This document shows, piece after piece, positions 51,853-60,954 of a DNA stretch of 64,000 nucleotides. Origin of the DNA: Verrucomicrobiia bacterium (GTDB taxonomy: Bacteria > Verrucomicrobiota > Verrucomicrobiia > Limisphaerales > UBA11358); NCBI GenBank assembly GCA_036502245.1, contig DASXYX010000024.1, positions 5,130-69,129 on the forward strand. Direction: 5' to 3'. Made by a program: the position numbers and the translations under genes. Within the stretch, counting starts at the first letter, position 1, and the number at the start of each line of letters is the position of its first letter. The notes beneath the pieces are model-generated. The model was not told the origin of the DNA. It did no database searches and saw nothing but the letters and a program-made list of their open reading frames with translations.

Positions 51853-53319
51853 ATGCCAGAACAGGACGACCATCAATTGCTCGCCGATTTTGCCCGTAGC
51901 GGTTCGGAAACCGCTTTTTCCGAACTGGTACGCCGGTATATCGCCCTTGTCTATTCCACCGCGCTCCGGTTCACCAGCAATCCCCATCACGCGGAGGAGA
52001 TCGCCCAGGCCGTGTTTGTCATTCTCGCGCAGAAAGCCGGCACATTGTCGTCGCGCGTCATCCTCTCCGGCTGGCTGTACCAGACGGCGCGGCTGACTGC
52101 GGCTAATTTTGTGAAAGGTGAAATCCGGCGCGCACACCGCGAACAGGAGGTCTATATGCAATCCATCCTACCCGACCCTGAACTCGCCGACTGGAACAAA
52201 ATTGCCCCGCTGCTCGATGAAGCCATGGGCAGCCTCGGCGAAACCGATCGCAATGCCCTCGTCCTGCGCTTCTTTGAAAATTGCACTTCGGCGGAGATCG
52301 GCGCGGCGTTGCGGATGAACGAAGAAACCGCCCGCAAACGCGTGAATCGCGCCCTGGATAAACTGCGAAAAATTTTCAGCGCTCATGGCGTGAGTTCCAC
52401 GGCGGAAGCCGTCGCAGGAGCTATCGCCGCTAATTCCCTTCAGGTGGTGCCCGCATCCGTTGCCCAATCAGTGACCGCCGCAGCCGTCGTCAAAGGCACA
52501 GCCGTTTCAACCTCAACCCTAACCCTCATCAAAGGAACTCTAAAAATTATGGCATGGTCCAAAACTCAAACCGTCATTGTCGCCGGTGTCATTGTGCTGC
52601 TCGCGGCCGGAACTACTACCGCAACCGTTAAGCACATTCAAACCGTGCGGCTGCATGAAAATCTCTGGCGATACCCGGACATCAATTCAATGAGCCTGGC
52701 TAAAGTGCCGCCGGCGGTGGACATCCTGCCGACCATTTTCCCCAAAGGCGGCAATTCGGCATCGACCGACCGGAAATACGTCGGGATCGATCAATCAGTC
52801 GTCAACATCGTCGCCGATGCCTACAATTGGCCGCAGGCCAGGATTGTTTTCACCGATGGTCAGCCGCCCGAAAGATACGATTACATCGCCAGTCTCCTGA
52901 ACGGATCCCGCGAAGCGTTGCAGGACCAATTGAAGAAAAAATTAGGACTGGTGGCGCATCCTGAAATGAGAAACGAAGATGTCGTGCTGCTCGAAATGCA
53001 GAATCCTCACGCGCCGGGCCTTCACCCGCCGGTGGCAGGAACCACCAGCGATATGACCATGAATGGCAACCAAATCGAATTATCGTGGCAAAACAGGTCC
53101 ATCTCCAGCATGGCGGATCGTCTCCAAATGGCTTCCCCCCTGCCCATCATTGATGAGACGCATAGCACAAAACATTATAGCATCGATATTACCTGGCAGG
53201 AGGACCCGCAGGACCCGGAACATACCGCGCTGCAAAAAGTCCTGCGCGAGCAACTCGGCCTGATATTTGTTCCCACCAACATGCCCGTGAAAATGCTCGT
53301 CGTTGAAAAGGTGAAATAA
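51853..53319 (+). CDS. ECF sigma factor 5 fused to TM helix and TIGR03435-like domain
   Basis: Sigma2/sigma4 motifs; C-half closely similar to ECF 3. Confidence 0.9.
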   Translation: MPEQDDHQLLADFARSGSETAFSELVRRYIALVYSTALRFTSNPHHAEEIAQAVFVILAQKAGTLSSRVILSGWLYQTARLTAANFVKGEIRRAHREQEVYMQSILPDPELADWNKIAPLLDEAMGSLGETDRNALVLRFFENCTSAEIGAALRMNEETARKRVNRALDKLRKIFSAHGVSSTAEAVAGAIAANSLQVVPASVAQSVTAAAVVKGTAVSTSTLTLIKGTLKIMAWSKTQTVIVAGVIVLLAAGTTTATVKHIQTVRLHENLWRYPDINSMSLAKVPPAVDILPTIFPKGGNSASTDRKYVGIDQSVVNIVADAYNWPQARIVFTDGQPPERYDYIASLLNGSREALQDQLKKKLGLVAHPEMRNEDVVLLEMQNPHAPGLHPPVAGTTSDMTMNGNQIELSWQNRSISSMADRLQMASPLPIIDETHSTKHYSIDITWQEDPQDPEHTALQKVLREQLGLIFVPTNMPVKMLVVEKVK

Positions 53320-53340
53320 TTTACCTTCTCATGTCTGATA

Positions 53341-54132
53341 ATGGCGGACATAACGAGGAAGATAATGACATGGCCACAGCAGGGGCATACAATCGCCGTC
53401 AAACAAAACGGCTGTATGCAATCCGTTCATTTCAATTCCCGATCTATCCTACAATTCCTGGGGATGATTGCCTTTGTTTGGTTTTCCACACCCTTGTTTG
53501 CCGTAGCGGGGCAGATTTATCTCGGCCCGGGAAATTCAGGCGACTCCAGCGGCGGCTCGGACTGGCTCACCGGGGCCAATGGCGGAGGAGTCACTACCCT
53601 GGATTGGGATGACCCGCCGACCACCGGCAGCTTTGATTTCAGCATCAGCAATGCCGTGGCCGGCAAAGGCAACAATGGAGATTGGCGCTGCCCGCCCTTT
53701 TCGCTCGGACCCGCCGCCAGTGGCGCAAGGTCCCTTACATTTTCTTTCGCGTATAAGCTTGTGAGCCCCGTAGCCAAAGGAAATAATATCTACGTGCAGT
53801 TGCGCTTTTTCGATGCCACCGGAACCAATTTTATTTCCCAAATTGTCCTGCCCCTCGGCGCGCACACCGCCGATTCACAAATGGCCGACTACAAAACACG
53901 CACTATCGAGAATATTCCCGTCCCTCGTAGAGCGCGAACGGCGGACATCTGGATTGACGCCAATATCTTCGAACCGTGGGTATCGGGCGTCGCGCGCTTT
54001 GGTAATTTCTCTGTCACTACCGTACCACGCTCACTGGCATTCAAAGCGGGTGTCGCCTTTGGCGTTCTCTTCAGCTTCGGCGCTTTGATCTGGATTTCAG
54101 CGTATTTCTGGCAGCGATCCAGGCCGTCGTGA
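53341..54132 (+). CDS. Hypothetical exported protein with C-terminal TM anchor (possible carbohydrate-binding beta sandwich)
   Basis: Signal-like segment after M at 53416, [11 protein letters not shown]-terminal hydrophobic helix; start uncertain. Confidence 0.7.
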   Translation: MADITRKIMTWPQQGHTIAVKQNGCMQSVHFNSRSILQFLGMIAFVWFSTPLFAVAGQIYLGPGNSGDSSGGSDWLTGANGGGVTTLDWDDPPTTGSFDFSISNAVAGKGNNGDWRCPPFSLGPAASGARSLTFSFAYKLVSPVAKGNNIYVQLRFFDATGTNFISQIVLPLGAHTADSQMADYKTRTIENIPVPRRARTADIWIDANIFEPWVSGVARFGNFSVTTVPRSLAFKAGVAFGVLFSFGALIWISAYFWQRSRPS

Positions 54133-54989
54133 TTATGAAACGTTCCGGAGCCTTCACATTGATTGAATTGCTGGTGACCATTGCCATCATCGCTATCCTT
54201 GCCGCCCTGCTCCTCCCGGTCCTGAACCGCTCCAAACAAAAGGCCTGGCAAGCCGATTGCCTGAACAACATACGTCAACTCCAATTGGGTTGGCTGACTT
54301 ATGCCAACGATTCCAACGATCATGTACCCTACAACTCTTCCGGTGATAACGCCGGCCAGACTCCTGAAAATCCAGGTTGGGTCGCCGGAGACATGTACCT
54401 GGATTGCGATGCAGGCCAGGACCTGACCCAAAGCACCAACACTCAATTCCTTGTCGGACCTCAATATGCACAATTTGGCTCCATCGGCGGCTATGTCAAA
54501 AATCCGACCGTCTATCACTGTCCGGCGGATATGAGCACGGTGACCATCGGAGGTGAGAAGTTGCCGCGGGTGCGGAGCATGTCCATGAACAATTACATGG
54601 GGGCGATGGAATTGCCGGGCTTTCGCTATTTCATGAAATTGCAGGAAATCACCGCGCCCGGCCCAAGCGATGCCTGGGTCTTCATGGATGAACGCGCCGA
54701 TTCCATCAATGACGGTTTGTTCGCCGTGGACGCTGCATCGCAATACGCCATCATCGATTATCCTTCGTGCTATCACGATCGCGGCTCATCCATCTCCTTC
54801 GCCGATGGCCATGTCGAATATCATCACTGGATCGAACCAACCACCGACCCGCCGATGGATGTCAGCCAGCATCTTCCCGGCGGGTCCAAGCTGACTTCGC
54901 CCAATGACCGTGATATGCAATGGCTTGTCTTGCATACCACCAGCAAAACGCCTGATAAGCCCTCGGTTCATTCCAGGTCGCATAAATAA
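54129..54989 (+). CDS. Prepilin-type / H-X9-DG family protein
   Basis: [40 protein letters not shown]. Confidence 0.9.
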   Translation: MIMKRSGAFTLIELLVTIAIIAILAALLLPVLNRSKQKAWQADCLNNIRQLQLGWLTYANDSNDHVPYNSSGDNAGQTPENPGWVAGDMYLDCDAGQDLTQSTNTQFLVGPQYAQFGSIGGYVKNPTVYHCPADMSTVTIGGEKLPRVRSMSMNNYMGAMELPGFRYFMKLQEITAPGPSDAWVFMDERADSINDGLFAVDAASQYAIIDYPSCYHDRGSSISFADGHVEYHHWIEPTTDPPMDVSQHLPGGSKLTSPNDRDMQWLVLHTTSKTPDKPSVHSRSHK

Positions 54990-55070
54990 TTTCTTACTCC
55001 CTCTCCCTTCGGCGTAAGTCTCTCATATTTCAGTTGAGTTACCCGGCATAAGTCCCATCATTCAAGGGCT

Positions 55071-55559
55071 ATGACGAATAGCGATTCGGAAGATACCCTG
55101 GTCATCCTCAAACCCGACTCTTTCTGGCGCAAATTGGACACGCAAGTCGTCAACCGCATAAAATCCCTGGGACTAAAAGTCACCGCCGAACGTGTCCTCC
55201 AGGGCAGCGAGAATCTTTCTGAACCAAAATGGCGCGAATTTTATTTTCCCTCCATCGGCAGCCGCCCACCGTGCCTGGAGGGAACCTCAAAATACATGGC
55301 CCATGGCCCGGTGCAGGTCATCCAGTTGCACGGTGCGAATGCCATCCAAACAGTCCGCACAGCCATTGGCGCGACTTTTCCATCCAAAGCGGCGCCGGGC
55401 ACCATTCGCGGTGATTTTTGGCCCGGCGCCACCGAAGCCAACGCGCCCTATCGCCTCAAATTCCAACAACCCGGTGACGACCAATTCCTTTTCAATATGA
55501 TCCATGCCTCGGATTCCCCACAAAGTTTTGCAAGAGAGATCCAGTTCTTTAAATTTTAA
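55071..55559 (+). CDS. ndk: Nucleoside-diphosphate kinase (divergent)
   Basis: TLVILKPD, GP, VR..IGAT.P..A.PGTIRGDF, NMIHASDS. Confidence 0.85.
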   Translation: MTNSDSEDTLVILKPDSFWRKLDTQVVNRIKSLGLKVTAERVLQGSENLSEPKWREFYFPSIGSRPPCLEGTSKYMAHGPVQVIQLHGANAIQTVRTAIGATFPSKAAPGTIRGDFWPGATEANAPYRLKFQQPGDDQFLFNMIHASDSPQSFAREIQFFKF

Positions 55560-55602
55560 AATATCCTGTTACCTTTCCCATTCCGCGTAAATATATGGGT
55601 AA

Positions 55603-57045
55603 ATGAACGACGATTTAGCGCTGCTGCGCGAATATGCCCGGAACGGTTCGGAACCGGCCTTTGCCGCGCTTGTTGGGCGGCATATTCATCTCGTCTATTC
55701 CGTGGCGTTTCGTCAAACACAGGACGCCCATCTCGCCGAGGAGATCACCCAGGCCGTTTTCATCATTCTCGCGCGCAAAGCTGGGTCGCTTGGCGATAAG
55801 ACCGTTTTGAGCGGCTGGCTTTGCCGAACTGCCCGCTATGCCGCCGCCAATGCTCTCAAAATCCAGACGCGCCGCCAGCACCGTGAACAGGAGGCTTATA
55901 TGCAATCCACTTTGAACGAACCCGCCCCCGATGAAACCTGGCATCAGATTTCCCCCCTGCTCGACGACGCCATGCGCAAGCTTGGGCAAAAAGACCACGA
56001 TGCCCTCGTCCTGCGATATTTTGAGAACCGCAATTTTGCCGAAGTCGGCGCCACCCTTGGCGCCAGCGAAGACGCCGCCAAAATGCGCGTAAGCCGCGCG
56101 CTGGAAAAACTACGGCAATTTTTCGCCAAACGCGGTGCCTCATCCACCACTGAATCCATCGCTGAAAACATCTCCCATCATTCCATTCAATTCGCGCCCG
56201 AAGCCTTGGTCGTCACTGTCTCCGCCACTGTTGCCAAAGGGTCAACCGCCGCAGCCTCCACCCTTACCCTTGTGAAATCAACCCTTAAGATTATGACTTA
56301 CGCAAAGCTTAAACTATCCCTGGGCATCGCCGCCGCCATCCTGCTCACTGCCGGAGCTGCGACCGTCGCAATTTCCCAAATCGATGCGGATCAAATTCGC
56401 GATTCCTTGACGCCGCAACAAATAATTCAAAAGTCACAAGACGCCTACACCTCCCTTTCCAGTTACAGCGACAACGGAGAAGTCGTTTCCGCCGTGAATG
56501 GCATGACCCTGACAAACTTTTTTACCATCAAACTGGCACGACGGGATTTATATCGTGTTCATACCGAATCGGTTTCAGGGGGCTTCACAAATTCAGAGAC
56601 GACCTGGTCAGGGAATGACGGAGATTATATGCAGATGAACAATGGCCAGGTATTTCGGCGAAATGACGGGCTTTGGGGCGCGGGTGGGCAGGTTCCGGCT
56701 ATTCCGGGCACCTTTTTCAAAACTCCTTGGGGTAATCAACTGGGCCTGCCTGTATCGGGTGAAAAACAGGAAACAGATGCAAGAACCGGTGATACGGACT
56801 GTTATGTTTTCGTTAATACACTCGGTGGAACAACAAGAACGTTATGGATCGGCAAAAAAGATTTTTTGATTCGCCAAATACAAAATATATCCGATCCAGA
56901 AGCTGTAAAAGCTGCGCTCGAACACGCTGCAAAAGTCACCGGCAAACCCGCTCCCAAGCTGCCTCCTGGAAGCATCACGTCAACCGAGACCCACGAAAAC
57001 ATCGTATTAAACAAAAAGTTGTCACTCCCGGATTTTCAGCAGTAA
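55603..57045 (+). CDS. ECF sigma factor 6 fused to TM helix and LolA-like/DUF2092-like domain
   Basis: Sigma2/sigma4 motifs; AY.SL.SY.D.G, F.IKLAR..LYR, TLWIGK.DFLIRQ; domain call by eye. Confidence 0.85.
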   Translation: MNDDLALLREYARNGSEPAFAALVGRHIHLVYSVAFRQTQDAHLAEEITQAVFIILARKAGSLGDKTVLSGWLCRTARYAAANALKIQTRRQHREQEAYMQSTLNEPAPDETWHQISPLLDDAMRKLGQKDHDALVLRYFENRNFAEVGATLGASEDAAKMRVSRALEKLRQFFAKRGASSTTESIAENISHHSIQFAPEALVVTVSATVAKGSTAAASTLTLVKSTLKIMTYAKLKLSLGIAAAILLTAGAATVAISQIDADQIRDSLTPQQIIQKSQDAYTSLSSYSDNGEVVSAVNGMTLTNFFTIKLARRDLYRVHTESVSGGFTNSETTWSGNDGDYMQMNNGQVFRRNDGLWGAGGQVPAIPGTFFKTPWGNQLGLPVSGEKQETDARTGDTDCYVFVNTLGGTTRTLWIGKKDFLIRQIQNISDPEAVKAALEHAAKVTGKPAPKLPPGSITSTETHENIVLNKKLSLPDFQQ

Positions 57046-57097
57046 TGATCTTAAATAAACTGTCGGATTTTCGCGGCTGGCGCACACTTATGGGTGA

Positions 57098-59254
57098 ATG
57101 CAGCCCATGGATGATAACGCCCTCTTAAGGCAGTTTATCGAAGAAAAATCGGATGATGCCTTTGCCGCTCTCGTGAAGCGGCACATCCATTTTGTCTATT
57201 CCATTGCGTTGCGCCAGACCGCTCACCCGCAGATGGCCGAGGAAATCACCCAGGCGGCGTTCATTATCCTCGCGCGCAAAGCCGCCGGTCTGCGCCATGA
57301 AAAGGCGCTTTCCAGTTGGCTCTTCCAAACAACTCGTCTCACGGCCAATAATTTGTTGCGCAGCGAAATCCGGCGGCAGAATCGCGAACAGGAGGCTTTT
57401 ATGCAATCCGCTTTGAATGAACCTGAGAATGCGTCCTGGCAGCAAATCGCTCCGTTGCTCGACGAGGCGGTGGCGGCCATGCGCGAAAAGGATCGCCGGG
57501 CAATCCTCCTGCGGTTTTATGAAGGGAAAAATTTGCGCGACGTCGGCGCCGCATTGGGCACGAATGAAGACGCGGCGCAAAAGCGAGTTGAGCGCGCCCT
57601 GGAAAAACTCCGGACATTTTTCACAAAGCGTGGAATCCGCTCCACCGCCACGACGATCACCGAAGCCATCTCCGCCAATTCCCTTCAACTCGCGCCTGAA
57701 ATGCTTATTGCCACAATCGCTTCATCCACCGTCAAAGGATCGACGACTGCGGCATCCACCCTCTCCCTTGTGAAAACGACCCTCAAGCTTATGACCTACG
57801 CAAAAATTAAATTGTCCCTGGGCATCGCGGGCGCCATTCTGCTCGTCGCCGGAACTGCGACCGTCGCCATTTCCCAGATCAACAACGGCCAGACAGCCAG
57901 TCCTTTGACGCCCTATCAAACCAATATTCAAACACAGAAACCCGACGTCCCGGTTGTCGCCGACGGTGATAACGCGCAAATCGTAGCCGACCCGAACGAC
58001 ACGGCCATTGCCACCGGCTTCACGAACAACTTGAATTCGGACGATAAAGAACGGAATACGGCGTTGCAAAGGGCGTTCGACCAATTTCCATTGTTCACGC
58101 CCAGCACGAATGCCGACGGCCAACTGGATTTTCAAACTCTTCCACTGGCTGATCCTGTCGTGATCAATCACGAGCGGTTTTTTGGTTTTCGTTTCACGGT
58201 ACCCGCGCGCGCTCATCACGAAGATTTGGTCTGGGGATTCGCCCTGCCCGGTGACTTAAAGGAATGGTATATCGTTCCTCAGACCGGTTCCATGGAAGGT
58301 TTTGAAAATTATAACTTCACGTCAAAAGGCGATTATCTGCGGGAAAAACCACTCCTGCCCATGAACGCCAACAGGTTGATTTTACAACATCTCGCCGGCG
58401 ATCGTTTGAAGGATGGCCAGACCTATCTCATCTGGTTCGGGTTTGGAAATTACAACGCACCCGGCATGTCAGTGATCTTTACGTTCACCAACTTCGACGC
58501 AAACCCGCCGCATCCCATTATCAGTTTCGAGCGAGCGCTCGCTTTGAATGAACTGGACAGTAAGCCTGTGGTCAACCCTGCAAATCACCACACCTATATG
58601 CTCCTGCGGCCGACAAATTGGCAGCGCGCCGAAAAACTCGCCGAACAACTTGGCGGCCATCTGGCCACCGTTCGCAATCAGGCGGAGGAGGATTGGATCT
58701 TCGATACTTTCGGGCACTACGGCGGTTGCCGGCGATCGTTGTGGATCGGCCTGAACGACCTGGACAAGCGTTTTCATTTCAGTTGGGCCGGTGGCGAGTC
58801 CGCCTCATACACCGACTGGGCTCCTTATGAACCGAATAACGCCGGACCGCGGGGTGAGGATTATGTCGCCATTTATTATCCAGGCCATGCCCATGCCAAT
58901 GAATGGAGAGTCTGGAACAGTCGGCGTCGTGACCCGGGTGGCCCGCCAATGGATGGTGTCGTGGAAATCATTCCAAATACCGCCACATCATCGGCTCCGG
59001 TCGTGCCTGTTGCCAATACCGCGCCGGTGCAAATCCTTCCCAATGTCACCGTTACCAGCACCAGTGGCAGCATCGAGTTGGCGTGGCCGCTCTCCGCTGC
59101 CGGATACATATTGGAAGCCACCACCAATCTGTCGCAGCCCTTTGCCGAATTTGGTTATTCTGAGGAAACAAACACCCAGGACGGCGTCATCTACGTGAAC
59201 ATCACCAATCCCGCGCCGCAAATGTTCTTCAAACTAAAAGAAATCCAGCCCTGA
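57098..59254 (+). CDS. ECF sigma factor 7 fused to TM helix, unknown domain, C-type lectin domain and C-terminal extension
   Basis: W..AE..A..LGGHLATV....E..WI, WIGLND, YTDWAPYEPNN, EDYV; tail LAWP....YILEATTNL...FFKL. Confidence 0.88.
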   Translation: MQPMDDNALLRQFIEEKSDDAFAALVKRHIHFVYSIALRQTAHPQMAEEITQAAFIILARKAAGLRHEKALSSWLFQTTRLTANNLLRSEIRRQNREQEAFMQSALNEPENASWQQIAPLLDEAVAAMREKDRRAILLRFYEGKNLRDVGAALGTNEDAAQKRVERALEKLRTFFTKRGIRSTATTITEAISANSLQLAPEMLIATIASSTVKGSTTAASTLSLVKTTLKLMTYAKIKLSLGIAGAILLVAGTATVAISQINNGQTASPLTPYQTNIQTQKPDVPVVADGDNAQIVADPNDTAIATGFTNNLNSDDKERNTALQRAFDQFPLFTPSTNADGQLDFQTLPLADPVVINHERFFGFRFTVPARAHHEDLVWGFALPGDLKEWYIVPQTGSMEGFENYNFTSKGDYLREKPLLPMNANRLILQHLAGDRLKDGQTYLIWFGFGNYNAPGMSVIFTFTNFDANPPHPIISFERALALNELDSKPVVNPANHHTYMLLRPTNWQRAEKLAEQLGGHLATVRNQAEEDWIFDTFGHYGGCRRSLWIGLNDLDKRFHFSWAGGESASYTDWAPYEPNNAGPRGEDYVAIYYPGHAHANEWRVWNSRRRDPGGPPMDGVVEIIPNTATSSAPVVPVANTAPVQILPNVTVTSTSGSIELAWPLSAAGYILEATTNLSQPFAEFGYSEETNTQDGVIYVNITNPAPQMFFKLKEIQP

Positions 59255-59289
59255 TTGAATGTGCCTTCATGAACAATTACGAACGGTCT

Positions 59290-59502
59290 TTATAGCAATT
59301 TACGGAAATCATCCGGCGCTAATCCGGCGCTTTTGGCGATTGACCCCATGGTGATAGCATTGATGGGATTATGCCGGGGAATGACGAGCCGTTGCTTACC
59401 ATTGGACATTACAATGTGTCCGCTCTGTCGCGCAATGTGATACCCCAACTTTTCAAAAACGCGAATAGCGTCTCGCTGATTTATCCCAGGAATCTTAGGC
59501 AC
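59290..59502 (-). CDS. hicA: HicA-family toxin
   Basis: MPKIP, IRVFEKLGY..RQ.GH..M, VIPRH, G.MGSI-like motif, AGL..DDF. Confidence 0.88.
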   Translation of the reverse strand: MPKIPGINQRDAIRVFEKLGYHIARQSGHIVMSNGKQRLVIPRHNPINAITMGSIAKSAGLAPDDFRKLL

Positions 59503-59504
59503 GA

Positions 59505-59720
59505 TTAAATAGTGACCATTTCCCGGGTAAAACGCGTCCCTTCATTTTCCGCTTCGCGTTTTGCGTCTTCTTCCGCCACCTCAAGCCAAAGCTGGATAGC
59601 TTCGCGGATATTGGCCAGAGCCTCTTCCCGCGTTGCTCCCTGACTGTGGCAGCCTGGCAAAGCAGGACATGAAACAGCAAAACCCTCTTCAGATTCAACC
59701 ATTACCACTTGGTATTGCAT
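59505..59720 (-). CDS. hicB: HicB-family antitoxin (short form)
   Basis: GFAVSCPALPGCHSQGATREEALANIREAI.LWLE. Confidence 0.92.
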   Translation of the reverse strand: MQYQVVMVESEEGFAVSCPALPGCHSQGATREEALANIREAIQLWLEVAEEDAKREAENEGTRFTREMVTI

Positions 59721-59809
59721 GATTGGACGATAACCGCCCTAAAACTATAAATCAAGCCCGTCACATAAGGCAATTTACAGACTATACTTTAATCGTATAA
59801 TGTCCCGCT

Positions 59810-60895
59810 GTGAATTCGCAAAAGCGCCCGCGTGTGGTCTGTGGTATGAGCGGAGGAGTCGATTCCTCCGCAACGGCCGCGCTTTTGCTTGAACAGGGCT
59901 ACGAGGTCATCGGCATCACCCTCAAACTTTGGCCGCAGGACTGCGTGAACCGCGCCGAAGATCGTTGCTGCGGGCCGCAAGCCGTCACCGACGCCCGTTC
60001 CGTCTGCCACACGCTCGGCATCCCCTACTACCTCATCGACGAAGCAGACGAGTTCCAAAAACACGTCATCCAGTATTTCGCTGATGAATACAAGGCCGGC
60101 CGCACGCCCAATCCGTGCGTCATGTGCAATCAAAATCTCAAGTTTGGCCGCCTCATTGACCGCGCGCGACAACTCGGCGCCGATTACATCGCCACCGGCC
60201 ATTTCGCGCGTATCGAAAAGAATGAGGACGGCTCGCGCTATTTGTTGAAGCGCGGGCGCGATTTACGAAAAGACCAAAGCTACTTCCTCTTTTCGCTCCG
60301 CCAGGACCAGCTCGCGCGCGCCCTTTTCCCGCTCGGCGAAAAGACCAAGAGCGATACCCGCGAAGTGGCTCGTCACTGCAACCTCAAGACTGCCGACAAG
60401 GAGGAAAGCATGGAGATCTGCTTCGTGCCGGACAATAATTACGGCGGCTTCCTGCAATCCGCCAATCTCGTCCAGAAACATCGCGGCGACATCGTCGATG
60501 TCCGCGGCGCGGTCCTGGGACAGCATGACGGCATCGAGTTTTACACCATCGGCCAACGCAAAGGCCTCGGCATCACCACGCCCAAGCCCGTCTATGTCGT
60601 CGAACTTGACGCGGAGAACAACCGTGTCATCGTCGGCGATGATTCCGCCCTCGATCGCGATGAATTCACTGCGACTAACTGCAATTGGCATCCGTTTGAC
60701 AAATTGGAAAGCCCTGTCGAAGTCACCGCCAAGATCCGTTACAACCATCCCGGCACCCCGGCCACAATCATGCCTGAAGGCAATGGTATGGTAAAAGTGA
60801 AGCTACACACCGCGCAGCGCGCTATCACTCCCGGCCAGGCGGCGGTGTTTTATCAGGATGACTTGGTCGTCGGCGGCGGTTGGATAACGAAGTGA
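59810..60895 (+). CDS. mnmA: tRNA 2-thiouridine(34) synthase
   Basis: MSGGVDSS, GRTPNPC..CN..KFG, ATGH, KDQSYFL, SMEICF, YTIGQRKGLG, TPGQAAVFY. Confidence 0.97.
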   Translation: MNSQKRPRVVCGMSGGVDSSATAALLLEQGYEVIGITLKLWPQDCVNRAEDRCCGPQAVTDARSVCHTLGIPYYLIDEADEFQKHVIQYFADEYKAGRTPNPCVMCNQNLKFGRLIDRARQLGADYIATGHFARIEKNEDGSRYLLKRGRDLRKDQSYFLFSLRQDQLARALFPLGEKTKSDTREVARHCNLKTADKEESMEICFVPDNNYGGFLQSANLVQKHRGDIVDVRGAVLGQHDGIEFYTIGQRKGLGITTPKPVYVVELDAENNRVIVGDDSALDRDEFTATNCNWHPFDKLESPVEVTAKIRYNHPGTPATIMPEGNGMVKVKLHTAQRAITPGQAAVFYQDDLVVGGGWITK

Positions 60896-60921
60896 GGTCC
60901 AAAAATTGGTTGATCGACTTG

Positions 60922-60951
60922 CAAAACCAAAATGGTGGCATTATGGTTTTG
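60922..60951. promoter_or_regulatory. Putative TA operator/promoter
   Basis: CAAAACCA...TGGTTTTG inverted repeat overlapping TTGCAA-17-TATGGT. Confidence 0.65.
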
Positions 60952-60954
60952 TAT

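Noticed and set aside
46305..59254. Diversity-generating retroelement (near-duplicate genes plus a C-type lectin)
   Set aside because: No reverse transcriptase in the window; both duplicates are full genes and their mismatches are not restricted to adenines; no template repeat for the lectin seen
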